Shown here: piece by piece, positions 1 to 9,917 of the stretch
Layout: each line of letters opens with the position of its first letter
Position numbering within the stretch: position 1 is the stretch's first letter
From: Promethearchaeota archaeon
Lineage (GTDB): Archaea > Asgardarchaeota > Hermodarchaeia > Hermodarchaeales > Hermodarchaeaceae
DNA: 64,000 nt
Assembly: GCA_048939595.1 (NCBI GenBank)
Contig: JBHLPI010000003.1
Span: 2,366-66,365, forward strand
Direction of reading: 5' to 3'
Translations under genes and position numbers: made by a program
Notes under the pieces: model-generated
Told to the model about the DNA's origin: nothing
The model's input: only the letters and a program-made list of their open reading frames with translations
Databases searched by the model: none

Positions 1-1105
1 GACGTCCTCGTTTCCCAGTCCCGATTCCTTCTACCACTTTGCCAATGATGCCTAACGTTACAAGCGCATCAATAGTTTTTCGAAAAGTAGGAAGAGCCTG
101 TTTCTTTACTCCAAATTCTTCACAAATGATTTGATATCGATCGTATACTTTCACGATAGTGGTTGAACTGGATTTGTTAGCTTTCAATTCGCGGGTAAGT
201 GCAGCGAGCACGAGGATTTCTTGGTCACGGAGACCATAGAGGACATCAGACCGTAATTCTGAGTAGACCTCTTGTTTTGCTCTACGAATCAGGTCTGGTG
301 TGATTGGACGTACATTAAACCGATCTGCAGCCTTTCCAGCTAGATACATCATTTCAATACCATGTCGCGCATTTTGTGTTGATGCGGCGATGTTAGCAAC
401 CATGCGAACAATCTCATCTGGAACGACGTTTTTGTGGAAGGCTAATTCTGTTCGGTATTTGAATATTTTATAAAGTTCTTCTTGGTCATATGCGGGCATA
501 TCAATACGGTCATGAAGCCGACCTGAAAGGGGAAAACTAAGTGTGTTTTGCCAATCGACAATACGACATGCTATCAGAGTAGAGATGAATGCTTCTCCGT
601 GTTTAGCCACTTCACTCGCGTGAATAATACTGAGTAAGTCTTGCCCGAGTAAATAGGCTTCATCGAGACATAAGACTAATCTTATGTTTTCACGAGAAAG
701 CCGTCGGTTAATCATTGTCGTGATTTCTTCATCAGAAAATCCACGACTTGTGACTTTGAAACGCTCTGTGAGTAGGTCCCGAAGAATTGCACTTTTTGTC
801 CGAAACATAAAGCAATCATAGTATTCGAACCTAATTTTGATACCACGTTTTGCCGCTGCTTTTTCGAGTCCCCTCCCGAAATAACGGATTGAGACAGTTT
901 TTCCTGTTCCTGGCTTACCAACAACAGCGACGTTTACTGCATAAGCACCATCTTTGTTGAGTAAGGGCTTGAATGTATGACTCAACCGGACTATCTGATT
1001 TTCACGATTTGGGAGTTCAGGAGGGACAAATGCAGGGTGAAGGGTTTCCTCATTTTTAAACACTGAAGCACCCAATAATGCCTTTTCGATGATATTCTCG
1101 CCCAC
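1..1105 (-). CDS. cdc6: Orc1/Cdc6 replication initiator (AAA+), C-terminus cut by window edge
   Basis: Open at the window edge, so absent from the ORF track. Minus-strand translation from GTG at 1103-1105 gives MGENIIEKALLGASVFKNEETLHPAFVPPELPNRENQ...VVGKPGTGKT (Walker A), then LVLCLDEA (Walker B). An in-frame TAG lies a few codons upstream of the GTG. Confidence 0.85.
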   Translation of the reverse strand, partial: MGENIIEKALLGASVFKNEETLHPAFVPPELPNRENQIVRLSHTFKPLLNKDGAYAVNVAVVGKPGTGKTVSIRYFGRGLEKAAAKRGIKIRFEYYDCFMFRTKSAILRDLLTERFKVTSRGFSDEEITTMINRRLSRENIRLVLCLDEAYLLGQDLLSIIHASEVAKHGEAFISTLIACRIVDWQNTLSFPLSGRLHDRIDMPAYDQEELYKIFKYRTELAFHKNVVPDEIVRMVANIAASTQNARHGIEMMYLAGKAADRFNVRPITPDLIRRAKQEVYSELRSDVLYGLRDQEILVLAALTRELKANKSSSTTIVKVYDRYQIICEEFGVKKQALPTFRKTIDALVTLGIIGKVVEGIGTGKRGR

Positions 1106-1234
1106 GTGCGCACCCTCGAAACAGTCAATCAGGGAAGACTAGCCGATTCACTGCACGAACAGAAGTTGCCGCCCATAAAAGGATTTTCCACCCTCACGTA
1201 AAACTAACTCAGCGAGGAGCACGTAGAAGTTGAA

Positions 1235-1504
1235 TTACTTCTTTTGTTTTTCTTTTCCTTTCTTTCCGAGCCACCAATCAAGATAGTCACGACGTCGTTG
1301 AGACTTTTCTCTTTCCGTATCATCTTTTCGAAAAGAGGAACGCTGTTCATCCCAAAGTCGGTCGAGCTCTGCGCGGGATACAGCAAGTCCACATCGTTGG
1401 CATACTTGACGGCTGCTCTTGGGATCGTATTTCATCGTCCCTGCGCATTCTGGGCATCGAGCCAAATCTTTACACCTAATATTGTGGTATTGTGAACTAA
1501 CCAA
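1235..1504 (-). CDS. small TFIIB-type zinc-ribbon protein with basic tail
   Basis: CPEC-x15-CQRC spacing typical of TFIIB/TFS-type zinc ribbons, followed by a Lys/Arg/Glu-rich tail. TTG start. Confidence 0.5.
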   Translation of the reverse strand: MVSSQYHNIRCKDLARCPECAGTMKYDPKSSRQVCQRCGLAVSRAELDRLWDEQRSSFRKDDTEREKSQRRRDYLDWWLGKKGKEKQKK

Positions 1505-1526
1505 CGTGATGCTTTAACTCTTTGTG

Positions 1527-3359
1527 TCAAAGGACAGTAACAGCTTTGGCTAGATTTCGCGGTTGGTCTGGGTTGTGTCCTCGTAAGATTGCGGCGTAGT
1601 AGGCTAGTAGTTGGAGTGGTACAACATAGCTTATTGGTGAGAAGAAGAGGGAGGGGAGAGTAGGTAGTGTTATGGCATGGTCGCTTAGGGTGATGAGTTC
1701 CTGATCATCTTCTGGGCATAGGGTAATGATTTGTGCGTCTCTAGCCTTCATTTCCATAATATTTCCTTCAAGGCGCCGACGAGTTGCATCATTCGGGGCA
1801 ATGAACACAATGGGAAAACCGGTTTCAACAAGAGCAATGGGACCATGTTTAGATTCCCCAGCAGGATACCCTTCTGCATGAACATAGGCAATTTCTTTGA
1901 TTTTCAGTGCACCTTCCATCGCTGTAGGTGTGCTTATACCTCGTCCAAGAAAGAAGAAATTTGATTTTGTGATGTACTCCTGAGCGGTTTCCTTAATCAT
2001 ACTTTCTTGATTTCGAATAACAGATTCTATTTGATTGGGAAATTGATTGAGTGCCGCCTTTAATTCTTGGCTTTCTTTTTTCCTTTGGGCACCAGTCATG
2101 ACGCCTAAAGATATTGACAAAAGTGCGAGTGTTGCTAATTGAGTCGCAAATGTTTTTGTTGCTGCGACTCCGATTTCGGGACCTGCTTGGGTATAGAGAA
2201 CAGAGTCGGAAAGTCGAGTAATGGAGCTACCGACTGTGTTTGTGATTGCTAGGATTTTCGCTCCTTGTTTCTTGAGGTGTTTGACAGCATGGATTGTGTC
2301 AATCGTTTCGCCTGATTGTGTGACTGCCACTACAGCAGTCTCCTCACCTAAGCTTTTTGCTGCTGTATCTGATCCTTCAGAAGCGATAACTCCGTGGATA
2401 AGCCGATTGGCTATTTGCGAGAACATATACTTTGCAGCTAGCGTTGCATGGAATGATGTTCCTGCGGCGATTGTAATGATGTTCTTGTGATTGTTTAGGA
2501 GATTTGCGAAAGCTTCAAGGTCATCCTGTCGGATCCGAAGAGTATCACTAAGTGCTCGTGGTTGCTCGTGAATTTCTTTTAGCATAAAATGGGGATAACC
2601 GCCTTTTTGAGCCATGTCAATTGTCCAGTCAACGATAGTTGGCGGCCGAAGAGGAAGTTGTGTGAGTGAACCGGTTTCATCTAATCGGCTGACCATTGCG
2701 CCTTTTGTGGTTAGATGAGCGAGTTCATTATCTTCGAGAATGATGGTTTTTCGGGTCATGGGCAGGAATGCGGGAACATCTGATGCACAATAGACACCGT
2801 TTGAACCAAGCCCAACAACCAGTGGGCTTTCTTTTCTAGTACAAATTAGTTCCTTGCCATTTGAAGCTAACACAACGATTGCAAAACTTCCTTCTAAATT
2901 AGGAATTATTTGTGCAACAGCTTTGCTAAGATTCTTTGTTCGGGATAATGCATCTTCAATCAGGTGGGGGATAACTTCAGTATCAGTTTGAGAGCGAAAA
3001 AGGTGCCCGTTTGATATTAGATCTTCTCGTAATTCTTGGTAATTTTCAATAATCCCATTATGAACCACTGCAATTTGATTATTACAATCTGTGTGGGGGT
3101 GTGCGTTGACTTTGGAAGGAGCACCATGAGTCGCCCATCTAGTATGACCGATACCAATGCGGCCAGGCAAATTATCAAAATTCAGACGGTGGTGGATCTC
3201 GTCGATTTTTCCTCTATCTTTCTTAATGAATAAAGTGCCTTCAGAAACGGTGGCAATTCCACTAGAATCATAACCCCGATATTCTAGTCGTTTTAATGAT
3301 TGACGCAGTATGGAAGAGATATTCCCTTTCAAGTGAATTGCGCCAATGATTCCGCACAA
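1527..3359 (-). CDS. glmS: glutamine--fructose-6-phosphate aminotransferase
   Basis: N-terminal MCGIIG (Cys1 nucleophile), two SIS domains, C-terminal ...LAKAVTVL; 610 aa. Confidence 0.95.
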   Translation of the reverse strand: MCGIIGAIHLKGNISSILRQSLKRLEYRGYDSSGIATVSEGTLFIKKDRGKIDEIHHRLNFDNLPGRIGIGHTRWATHGAPSKVNAHPHTDCNNQIAVVHNGIIENYQELREDLISNGHLFRSQTDTEVIPHLIEDALSRTKNLSKAVAQIIPNLEGSFAIVVLASNGKELICTRKESPLVVGLGSNGVYCASDVPAFLPMTRKTIILEDNELAHLTTKGAMVSRLDETGSLTQLPLRPPTIVDWTIDMAQKGGYPHFMLKEIHEQPRALSDTLRIRQDDLEAFANLLNNHKNIITIAAGTSFHATLAAKYMFSQIANRLIHGVIASEGSDTAAKSLGEETAVVAVTQSGETIDTIHAVKHLKKQGAKILAITNTVGSSITRLSDSVLYTQAGPEIGVAATKTFATQLATLALLSISLGVMTGAQRKKESQELKAALNQFPNQIESVIRNQESMIKETAQEYITKSNFFFLGRGISTPTAMEGALKIKEIAYVHAEGYPAGESKHGPIALVETGFPIVFIAPNDATRRRLEGNIMEMKARDAQIITLCPEDDQELITLSDHAITLPTLPSLFFSPISYVVPLQLLAYYAAILRGHNPDQPRNLAKAVTVL

Positions 3360-3419
3360 GTTGATTTGCCCCTATGAAACACTCCTTGCAGTTAGCATAA
3401 ACTTTCCCGTTTAGGTATT

Positions 3420-5015
3420 TTACAGAATTTTGGTCATGTATGGACCATCATGGCGATAGCCATGACGAAGATAGTATTCTCTTGCTCCAACACCGCTAGT
3501 GCATACAATGCGTTTCCGGCCATATTTTTGTGTAAGTTCGTCTGCCGCAGCAAGGAGTTGAGTACCGACCCCACGGTGTTGCCACGCATCTTCTTGGGTT
3601 TCTCCAAGGCTAAGAGATTGACCATAGACATGTAATTCCCGCAGAAGGGCTGCGTCCTTGGATTTTATTTCAGGGCGATGAGCCATCTGACTTGGAATTC
3701 GTAGCCGTAAATATCCAACTAATGAGTCCCGGTTTGGGTTTTCATAAGCAAGAAATATTTCGGTCCCTTTTGAAGCAGAATATTCATCAACTCGAAGTTT
3801 CAATACCTCGGTATCGATTTCATCTTGTTCTCTTAGATTTTGAGACCGCTGTTTATACCCAACCTCACGATATCTGATAGTGTGTATCATGTAGCCTTTT
3901 TCTTCAGCCCTTTGAAAAACTAGCTGAGTAAGGTTCCCGGCATTGGGACCAGCTACGATCAGCTTTTTGGGAATGTCACGTTGCATTCGTTGAATTCGAA
4001 CCCAATGGGGAATTATTGGCATGATTTCAGCGATAAGATCAATTACTTCTTCGGTCGAATAGGGCGAGTACTCACCTTTACGCCAGATTTCAAATAAATC
4101 ACTACCCCGTAGTACTAGGCACGGGTATATTTTGAGTAAATCAGGTTGAAACGCCTCTTTAGAAAAAATATCTTTGAAGAGTTGTTGATCTCGTTTCTTT
4201 GATGACCCTGGCAAACCAGGCATGATATGATAACATACCTTTAGTCCAGCATCTTTAGCGAGTTGGGTTGCATTTATGACCTCTGAAACTGTGTGACCTC
4301 GGCACACTGTTTGATAGATGTCATCGTAAATGGTTTGTACACCCAATTCAACTCTGGTTGTGCCTAAGTTGAGCATCTTATTGACATGCATTTGTTTACA
4401 GTAGTCTGGCCGAGTTTCTATTGTTATTCCAACAGGACGAATTGATGCTTTTTCTGCTAAGTGTAACGCTTCATCGATATTCTTTGCCTCACAACCGTTC
4501 ATTGCATCCAAACAGCGTTTCATAAATTCCTGTTGATAGTTATCTGAAGCGGATAGAAAGGTTCCGCCCATCACAATTAATTCCACTTTGTCTGTGGTGT
4601 GGCCCATGGCTTGTAGCTGATTTAGTCGACTCGTTACTTGGAGATATGGATCGTATTGATTTTGTCTTGCTCTTAGCGTGGCAGGCTCATCACCTAAATA
4701 GGCTTTAGGAGCAGTTGGGATATTAGTGGGGCAGTAAATACACTTCCCTGGACATTCCATTGGTTCAGTCATTACCGCAACGACAACAACACCTGACAGA
4801 GTTCGGGTTGGTTTTTTTCTAAGTATGTGGCTGACTTGGGCTTTTTCTTTCTCTGTAGCAAAACTGAGAATTTCGACATCAGAAGGAAAACGGGTAAGAT
4901 TGTGTTTTTTACTTAATTTTCGTTTCAGCTTCTGTAAGTCATTCTTACTTTGGACTTTACCTGTTAAGGCGGCTTGAAGAATTTCTTGGGCTACGCGCTC
5001 CAACCTATTTTCCAC
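3420..5015 (-). CDS. elp3: Elp3-type radical SAM/GNAT tRNA modification enzyme
   Basis: Radical SAM cysteine motif CPGKCIYCP, and a C-terminal GNAT segment (QHRGVGTQLL); 531 aa, typical archaeal Elp3 architecture. Confidence 0.9.
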   Translation of the reverse strand: MENRLERVAQEILQAALTGKVQSKNDLQKLKRKLSKKHNLTRFPSDVEILSFATEKEKAQVSHILRKKPTRTLSGVVVVAVMTEPMECPGKCIYCPTNIPTAPKAYLGDEPATLRARQNQYDPYLQVTSRLNQLQAMGHTTDKVELIVMGGTFLSASDNYQQEFMKRCLDAMNGCEAKNIDEALHLAEKASIRPVGITIETRPDYCKQMHVNKMLNLGTTRVELGVQTIYDDIYQTVCRGHTVSEVINATQLAKDAGLKVCYHIMPGLPGSSKKRDQQLFKDIFSKEAFQPDLLKIYPCLVLRGSDLFEIWRKGEYSPYSTEEVIDLIAEIMPIIPHWVRIQRMQRDIPKKLIVAGPNAGNLTQLVFQRAEEKGYMIHTIRYREVGYKQRSQNLREQDEIDTEVLKLRVDEYSASKGTEIFLAYENPNRDSLVGYLRLRIPSQMAHRPEIKSKDAALLRELHVYGQSLSLGETQEDAWQHRGVGTQLLAAADELTQKYGRKRIVCTSGVGAREYYLRHGYRHDGPYMTKIL

Positions 5016-5080
5016 CTGAAGTATATCGGCATATGAAACGAAAAGCGTATGAAGAAGAGCTAGATTTGGTAAATCTAAGC

Positions 5081-5254
5081 TTATCGCCGTACAGCTTTTG
5101 GCTGTCCAGCAGGGGTTTGATTCAGGATGCGTTTTGTATAGATTCTACGATTGCGCAGACGAGGAATCGGAGTAACCCGTACTTTACCTTCAACTTTCGG
5201 TGTTTGACTCCGAACTTTACCAGCTTTAGTTAGACTTCCGTGAGAACCAGGCAT
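5081..5254 (-). CDS. rps30e: ribosomal protein eS30
   Basis: 57-aa ORF below the track cutoff: MPGSHGSLTKAGKVRSQTPKVEGKVRVTPIPRLRNRRIYTKRILNQTPAGQPKAVRR. It carries the eS30 signature HGSL.KAGKVR.QTPKV. The 5033-5233 (+) track ORF is its antisense shadow. Confidence 0.8.
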   Translation of the reverse strand: MPGSHGSLTKAGKVRSQTPKVEGKVRVTPIPRLRNRRIYTKRILNQTPAGQPKAVRR

Positions 5255-5404
5255 TTTTCTATCACTGACTCGGTGTTTGCATCTTAGGCTTTAAGGATTT
5301 CCGTTTGCCGTGAGTAGATTTGGGGATTCTGGAAGCAGTTTGGTATCAGGAATCTTTTTACAGGCGCTTGAACTGGTAGGCTAAACACAAACAGGTGAAA
5401 GAAC

Positions 5405-6643
5405 GTGGATGGGTATCTTGTCTTTGGCGTCGGTAAACTCTATTGCATTAACGATCAGCTGTCGGTCATTTCTGAACTAGATTTAGGTCAAACGCCAGAA
5501 GAAATCAGCAATGTATACACTCGAATTCGCCATGGTACCGATGATCCTCGGCTTAGAGAATTCTTCAATACCTTGCAATCAAAGAAGGTGGAGCGCATCT
5601 TTGTTGAATCGCAAGGATTTGCTGAAGAACTTTCAAGATTATATGACGTGCGAGGGCAACTGTATGAGGACGTGCGGTTTTGGCGCCGAGTTCGGCTGGA
5701 TTTTCTTAGCAAAAATATTGCTTCTACGAATGGGGAAATGCTCCATGAGATTGCCGTTGAGGTTTCACGTTTAGCAATTCGTACTGCTTCTGAACAAAGT
5801 GACCAACTAATTATCCAAGCAATGAATTCTTTAGATGATGTCGAAAAAGCTCAAAACTTGATGGTTTCCCGACTTCGTGAATGGTTTGGTTTACACTTTC
5901 CTGAAGCAGCTCATGCGATAGAAAACGGACAATCTCTAGCTCGTATTGTAGCTGAAGGGGGAACGAGGGAGCAGATAAGCAACAAACCTGAATTAGTCCA
6001 ACTTATTTCAGAATCAAGAATAAAGCCAGAATTACTAGAGCAGTCAATGGGAGCGGAGGTTTCTGAACAGGATATGATGATGATTCAGGCATTGGCGAAA
6101 CAGATTCTTGGGCTAAATGATTTCAGAGAACACCTTGAAAAGTACCTTGATGACTCGATGTTAACAGTTGCTCCGAACCTACGTGGATTGATAGGTCCTG
6201 TAATTGGTGCAAGATTAATTGGACTAGCGGGAGGAATTGAAAAGCTGGCCCGTTTTCCTGCAAGCACCATTCAAGTACTTGGGGCTGAACAAGCACTGTT
6301 CCGAGCCTTGAAGACCGGCGCAAAGCCTCCAAAACATGGGGTAATTTTCCAGCACACCCTAATTCACTCAGCGCCTTGGTGGCAACGAGGGAAAATCGCG
6401 CGTATTCTTGCTGGGAAGATCGCTATTGCAGCTCGAATAGATTTGTATTCAGGCCAATATGTAGCAGACGAATTAAAACAAAATGTTCTTTCACGAGTTG
6501 CAGAAGTAAAGCGAAAATATCCTACCGCTCCAAAAAAACCTCCCTCAAAGCCACAGAGACACCACCTGAAACGGAAACGGTATGGAAAACGGACAAAACC
6601 ACATGCCCCGAACAAAAGAAGTAGCAAAACAAAGAGGAAATGA
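5405..6643 (+). CDS. nop5: Nop56/58 (Nop5) C/D box snoRNP core protein
   Basis: NOSIC/Nop domain motifs (AEQALFRALKTGAKPPKHGVIFQH) and a basic KKx C-terminal tail. AGGTGA lies 8 nt upstream of the GTG start. Overlaps fibrillarin by 4 nt. Confidence 0.9.
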   Translation: MDGYLVFGVGKLYCINDQLSVISELDLGQTPEEISNVYTRIRHGTDDPRLREFFNTLQSKKVERIFVESQGFAEELSRLYDVRGQLYEDVRFWRRVRLDFLSKNIASTNGEMLHEIAVEVSRLAIRTASEQSDQLIIQAMNSLDDVEKAQNLMVSRLREWFGLHFPEAAHAIENGQSLARIVAEGGTREQISNKPELVQLISESRIKPELLEQSMGAEVSEQDMMMIQALAKQILGLNDFREHLEKYLDDSMLTVAPNLRGLIGPVIGARLIGLAGGIEKLARFPASTIQVLGAEQALFRALKTGAKPPKHGVIFQHTLIHSAPWWQRGKIARILAGKIAIAARIDLYSGQYVADELKQNVLSRVAEVKRKYPTAPKKPPSKPQRHHLKRKRYGKRTKPHAPNKRSSKTKRK

Positions 6644-7341
6644 ATATGACAACTATTAGAGAAGATGAACAGCGACCAGGTTTATTTTGGGCATTACTAG
6701 AGTCAGGAACAAGGCGTCCTGCTACTAAGAACTTGTCCCCAGGGACCACAGTGTATAACGAACAGAAGGTTTCAGTGAAAGCGAATGAATACCGTATTTG
6801 GGATCCTTATCGAAGCAAACTATCTGCCGCTATTCTTCGAGGGATGGAGGCTTATGCTTTTGCACCCAAGCTGTCTGTGCTATATCTCGGTGCATCCTCA
6901 GGAACGACGGCCAGTCATGTTTCGGATCTCATAGGCGCTGATGGCCGTGTCTATTGCATTGAATTTGCACCCCGTGTCATGCGTGATCTCGTTCAAATTT
7001 CTGCTACACGAAAGAACATGATACCGATAATGGCAGATGCAAGATATCCTGAATCATATGTGCAAATTCCCGAGTTGGTAGATATTATATACCAAGATGT
7101 TGCGCAACCCAACCAAGCGAAAATTCTTGTTCAAAACGCTAAGCGATTTCTTCGAGCTGGTGGTACTGCTTATGTTGCCATTAAGGCCCGAAGTATTGAC
7201 GTTGCTGCTAAGCCATCACGAGTATTTGAACGCGAGGAAAAGACATTAGCTCAATCTGGGTTTACTATGGTTGATCGTGTATCATTAGACCCCTTTTCAG
7301 CCGACCATATTTTTCTAAGCGCAGTTTATGGAGAACAATAG
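6640..7341 (+). CDS. flpA: fibrillarin rRNA/tRNA 2'-O-methyltransferase
   Basis: VLYLGASSGTTASHVSD SAM-binding motif; conserved nop5-flpA gene pair. Confidence 0.95.
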   Translation: MNMTTIREDEQRPGLFWALLESGTRRPATKNLSPGTTVYNEQKVSVKANEYRIWDPYRSKLSAAILRGMEAYAFAPKLSVLYLGASSGTTASHVSDLIGADGRVYCIEFAPRVMRDLVQISATRKNMIPIMADARYPESYVQIPELVDIIYQDVAQPNQAKILVQNAKRFLRAGGTAYVAIKARSIDVAAKPSRVFEREEKTLAQSGFTMVDRVSLDPFSADHIFLSAVYGEQ

Positions 7342-7343
7342 GG

Positions 7344-7778
7344 ATGAAAAAATATTCGAGATTTCTCTCTGGTCTTGAGCGCGAAATAGCCCAGTTAAAT
7401 GACCACATGCCTAAAACTAAGAAAGCCCTTTCTGAATTACTAAAAGAAAGTTCCCCGAGTTTCACCACTCGTGATGGGCAGCGGAGTGCTATTCGTTTAG
7501 AGGAATTAAGAAAATTAGCGGAGATCATTCCCTCTGAGTTTCATAGCCAAATTATGCTTCCCTTCATCCTTTTGAGAAGAACCTCCTTAGGTGCAGGAGC
7601 GCATACAGTTGGGGGATCTAAGCTTGAGCAGTTTGTTGTCTTACACATTCTCGGAAAAATTAACAATCCTTTCGAAGCTTGGCGTTCTGTCGAACTTCCC
7701 CGAATTATTTATTCGCCAGAAGTGGGTCTCTTAAAGCAGAAATTGCCGACTACTTTGACAATAGGATTTGGCAAATAA
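7344..7778 (+). CDS. UPF0216/DUF61 family protein
   Basis: N-terminal pattern LNDHMPKTKKALSELLKE..P.F.TRDG....I..EEL..LAE resembles archaeal UPF0216 proteins, recalled from memory. Confidence 0.6.
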   Translation: MKKYSRFLSGLEREIAQLNDHMPKTKKALSELLKESSPSFTTRDGQRSAIRLEELRKLAEIIPSEFHSQIMLPFILLRRTSLGAGAHTVGGSKLEQFVVLHILGKINNPFEAWRSVELPRIIYSPEVGLLKQKLPTTLTIGFGK

Positions 7779-8739
7779 TATGCAAACGAAACAGAACTAT
7801 CTGGATGATGTGCGTGAGATCCTAGATACATCAGCTCGAGTCCATGCTACTACCTTTAATCCGGAATATTGCTTTGATAGTATTATCGATGAAGGAGATG
7901 TACGGATAGCGGTCAAGGCGAGTATTACAATTGACAATGTTGAGTCACATATCAGAGAAGAATTAATGAAAATCTGTTCAATTCTTCGGTGCATCCCATT
8001 AATCGTTGGAGAACGAACAAGGAAACGACCCTTGCAAGATGGTGTAGTGCATATACGAGGTTCGATTCCAGCAATTAGCCTTGAAACTTTTCGCCGCATG
8101 TTGGAAGAGAAAATATACCCAGTCCTTCTTACCAAAAAAGGTGGAATTTACGTCATCATGAATGGCGAAAAATTAAAGAAAGCACGTGAGGCGTTGAGCC
8201 TTTCTCGGGGTGACATTGCTAATGAACTGGGACTTTCCCGACGTGCAATATACGAGTACGAGAGGGGGTCAATTAGCCCGAAAATCGATATTGCTCTTCG
8301 ATTAGAGGAGCTCCTAAACGCTTCACTCATAGAGCCCCTGAACCTCTTTGAGACTATAACATCCTCAAGCGATTCTCAACGAAGTGAAGAGCTCGTTACA
8401 AAGCAAACACGCCTTACGAAGCGAACGCTAGAAATCCTGTCCCGTTTGGGCTTCAATTCGACCATTGCACATGATGCCCCATTTGACTTATTAACTTCTC
8501 TTCAAAAGCATATTGTGCTCAGCTATTTAGAACAGCGTCTTGAGCGACTTAATGAAGATCGGCTTGAATTTTTAGCCAAACTGGCACAGGTACTCAAGGA
8601 GGAACCTGCAATAATCGCTTCTGACTCTCCCACTGTGGAAGCAATTAGTGGAATTCCCGTGATTTATCTTAAGGAGCTCATTTCGCTTGAGAACCCCAGT
8701 GAGTTTATCATGCTAATTCATAACCGTCGGGGAGCTTGA
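7768..8739 (+). CDS. archaeal HTH (XRE-type) putative transcriptional regulator, COG1395-like
   Basis: Central HTH LKKAREALSLSRGDIANELGLSRRAIYEYERG; about 320 aa as in the archaeal COG1395 family. TTG start; an internal ATG at 7780 is an alternative. Confidence 0.7.
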   Translation: MANNMQTKQNYLDDVREILDTSARVHATTFNPEYCFDSIIDEGDVRIAVKASITIDNVESHIREELMKICSILRCIPLIVGERTRKRPLQDGVVHIRGSIPAISLETFRRMLEEKIYPVLLTKKGGIYVIMNGEKLKKAREALSLSRGDIANELGLSRRAIYEYERGSISPKIDIALRLEELLNASLIEPLNLFETITSSSDSQRSEELVTKQTRLTKRTLEILSRLGFNSTIAHDAPFDLLTSLQKHIVLSYLEQRLERLNEDRLEFLAKLAQVLKEEPAIIASDSPTVEAISGIPVIYLKELISLENPSEFIMLIHNRRGA

Positions 8740-8740
8740 T

Positions 8741-9913
8741 TTGTTCGAGGAGCACAAGGAAGGCGCTATAACCTTTCTGCGTCCACCTTTGCAAAAGGTT
8801 CCGACGACTAGTATGGCTGTGTTTTTCAACCCAAAATCTGAGCTTAATCGTGATATCACTATGGTTGCTTTACAAGTGTTCATTTTTGAACACAGAAAAG
8901 CGAACGTTCGGGTTTGTACACCATTAGCAGGAACCGGTGTTCGCCCTATCCGAATAGCAAAAGAAGTGAACGGAATCGGGAAGATAATTGTCGGTGATTC
9001 GAATCCTCAAGCTATTAAGCTTATTCAGAAAAACAGCGAAATGAATGCCGTTGAAGACATCCTTGAGATTTACAATAAGGAAGCAAATCATCTTTTAACC
9101 GAGTATGATACTTTTGAGAAGAAATTCGATATCATTGATATTGATCCTTTTGGGTCTCCCCGTGAATTCTTCACCTCTGCAATTAGAGCACTAAAACCTC
9201 CTGCCCTTCTTTGTCTTACTGCAACCGATATGCCAGTATTAGTAGGTATTCGTCGACGTACTTGTATCAAACGGTATGCTGCATTCCCTTTGAAAGTCGA
9301 ATATGCTCATGAACTGGCTGTACGGATTCTGATAGGCTCAATCGTTCGAGAAGCGGCCTCGTTGAATATGGGATTAATTCCATTACTTTGTTTTTCAGTA
9401 GACCATTATATTCGGGTTTATTGTTTAGCAAAAGAGGGGGACGCAAAAACGTGGAAGGCAGTTTCGCAGCTTGGGTTCATTCTTCATTGCAACCAATGTG
9501 GGCATCGATCAGCTTCAAAGGGGCTCGTTCCTATGCTGAAAACTTGTCCTCATTGTGGATCAAAAAAGGTTGAACAGGCTGGGCCCCTTTGGATTGGAAA
9601 ATTGGGGGAAGAATCATTTGTAAGAAAAATATTGCACGAACTTGACAGCTTTCAGTTGGGTAAAAAACAAAAAGCTTTGACAATGTTGACAAGAATAAGA
9701 GAAGAACTGAGTGGTCCTCCCACTTATTATGACCTCCATCGTCTGGCTGATAAGTTGAATGTTCCGATTCCGCCGTTTCGCGAAGTGATTAGTAGATTAC
9801 AAAAAAAGGGACTATTTTGTGTTCGAACACATTTTTCCCCCCATGCAATCCGGACTTCAGCGAGTGAGGAAAGCCTCAGTAAGCTACTTCTATCATTTGC
9901 AGGAGAGAAATAA
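8741..9913 (+). CDS. trm1: tRNA (guanine26-N2)-dimethyltransferase
   Basis: DIDPFGSP motif and C-terminal Cys cluster CNQCGH...CPHCG; 390 aa. Confidence 0.9.
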   Translation: MFEEHKEGAITFLRPPLQKVPTTSMAVFFNPKSELNRDITMVALQVFIFEHRKANVRVCTPLAGTGVRPIRIAKEVNGIGKIIVGDSNPQAIKLIQKNSEMNAVEDILEIYNKEANHLLTEYDTFEKKFDIIDIDPFGSPREFFTSAIRALKPPALLCLTATDMPVLVGIRRRTCIKRYAAFPLKVEYAHELAVRILIGSIVREAASLNMGLIPLLCFSVDHYIRVYCLAKEGDAKTWKAVSQLGFILHCNQCGHRSASKGLVPMLKTCPHCGSKKVEQAGPLWIGKLGEESFVRKILHELDSFQLGKKQKALTMLTRIREELSGPPTYYDLHRLADKLNVPIPPFREVISRLQKKGLFCVRTHFSPHAIRTSASEESLSKLLLSFAGEK

Positions 9914-9917
9914 CGAT

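Noticed and set aside
1106-1234. TTTCCAC motif upstream of orc1/cdc6 as a possible origin recognition box or replication origin.
   Set aside because: It is a single partial match only. The gap is about 130 nt, with no repeated ORB elements or AT-rich unwinding element.
5033-5233. 66-aa plus-strand ORF between elp3 and nop5.
   Set aside because: It is antisense to the eS30 gene, which has a clear family signature. The plus-strand product has none.
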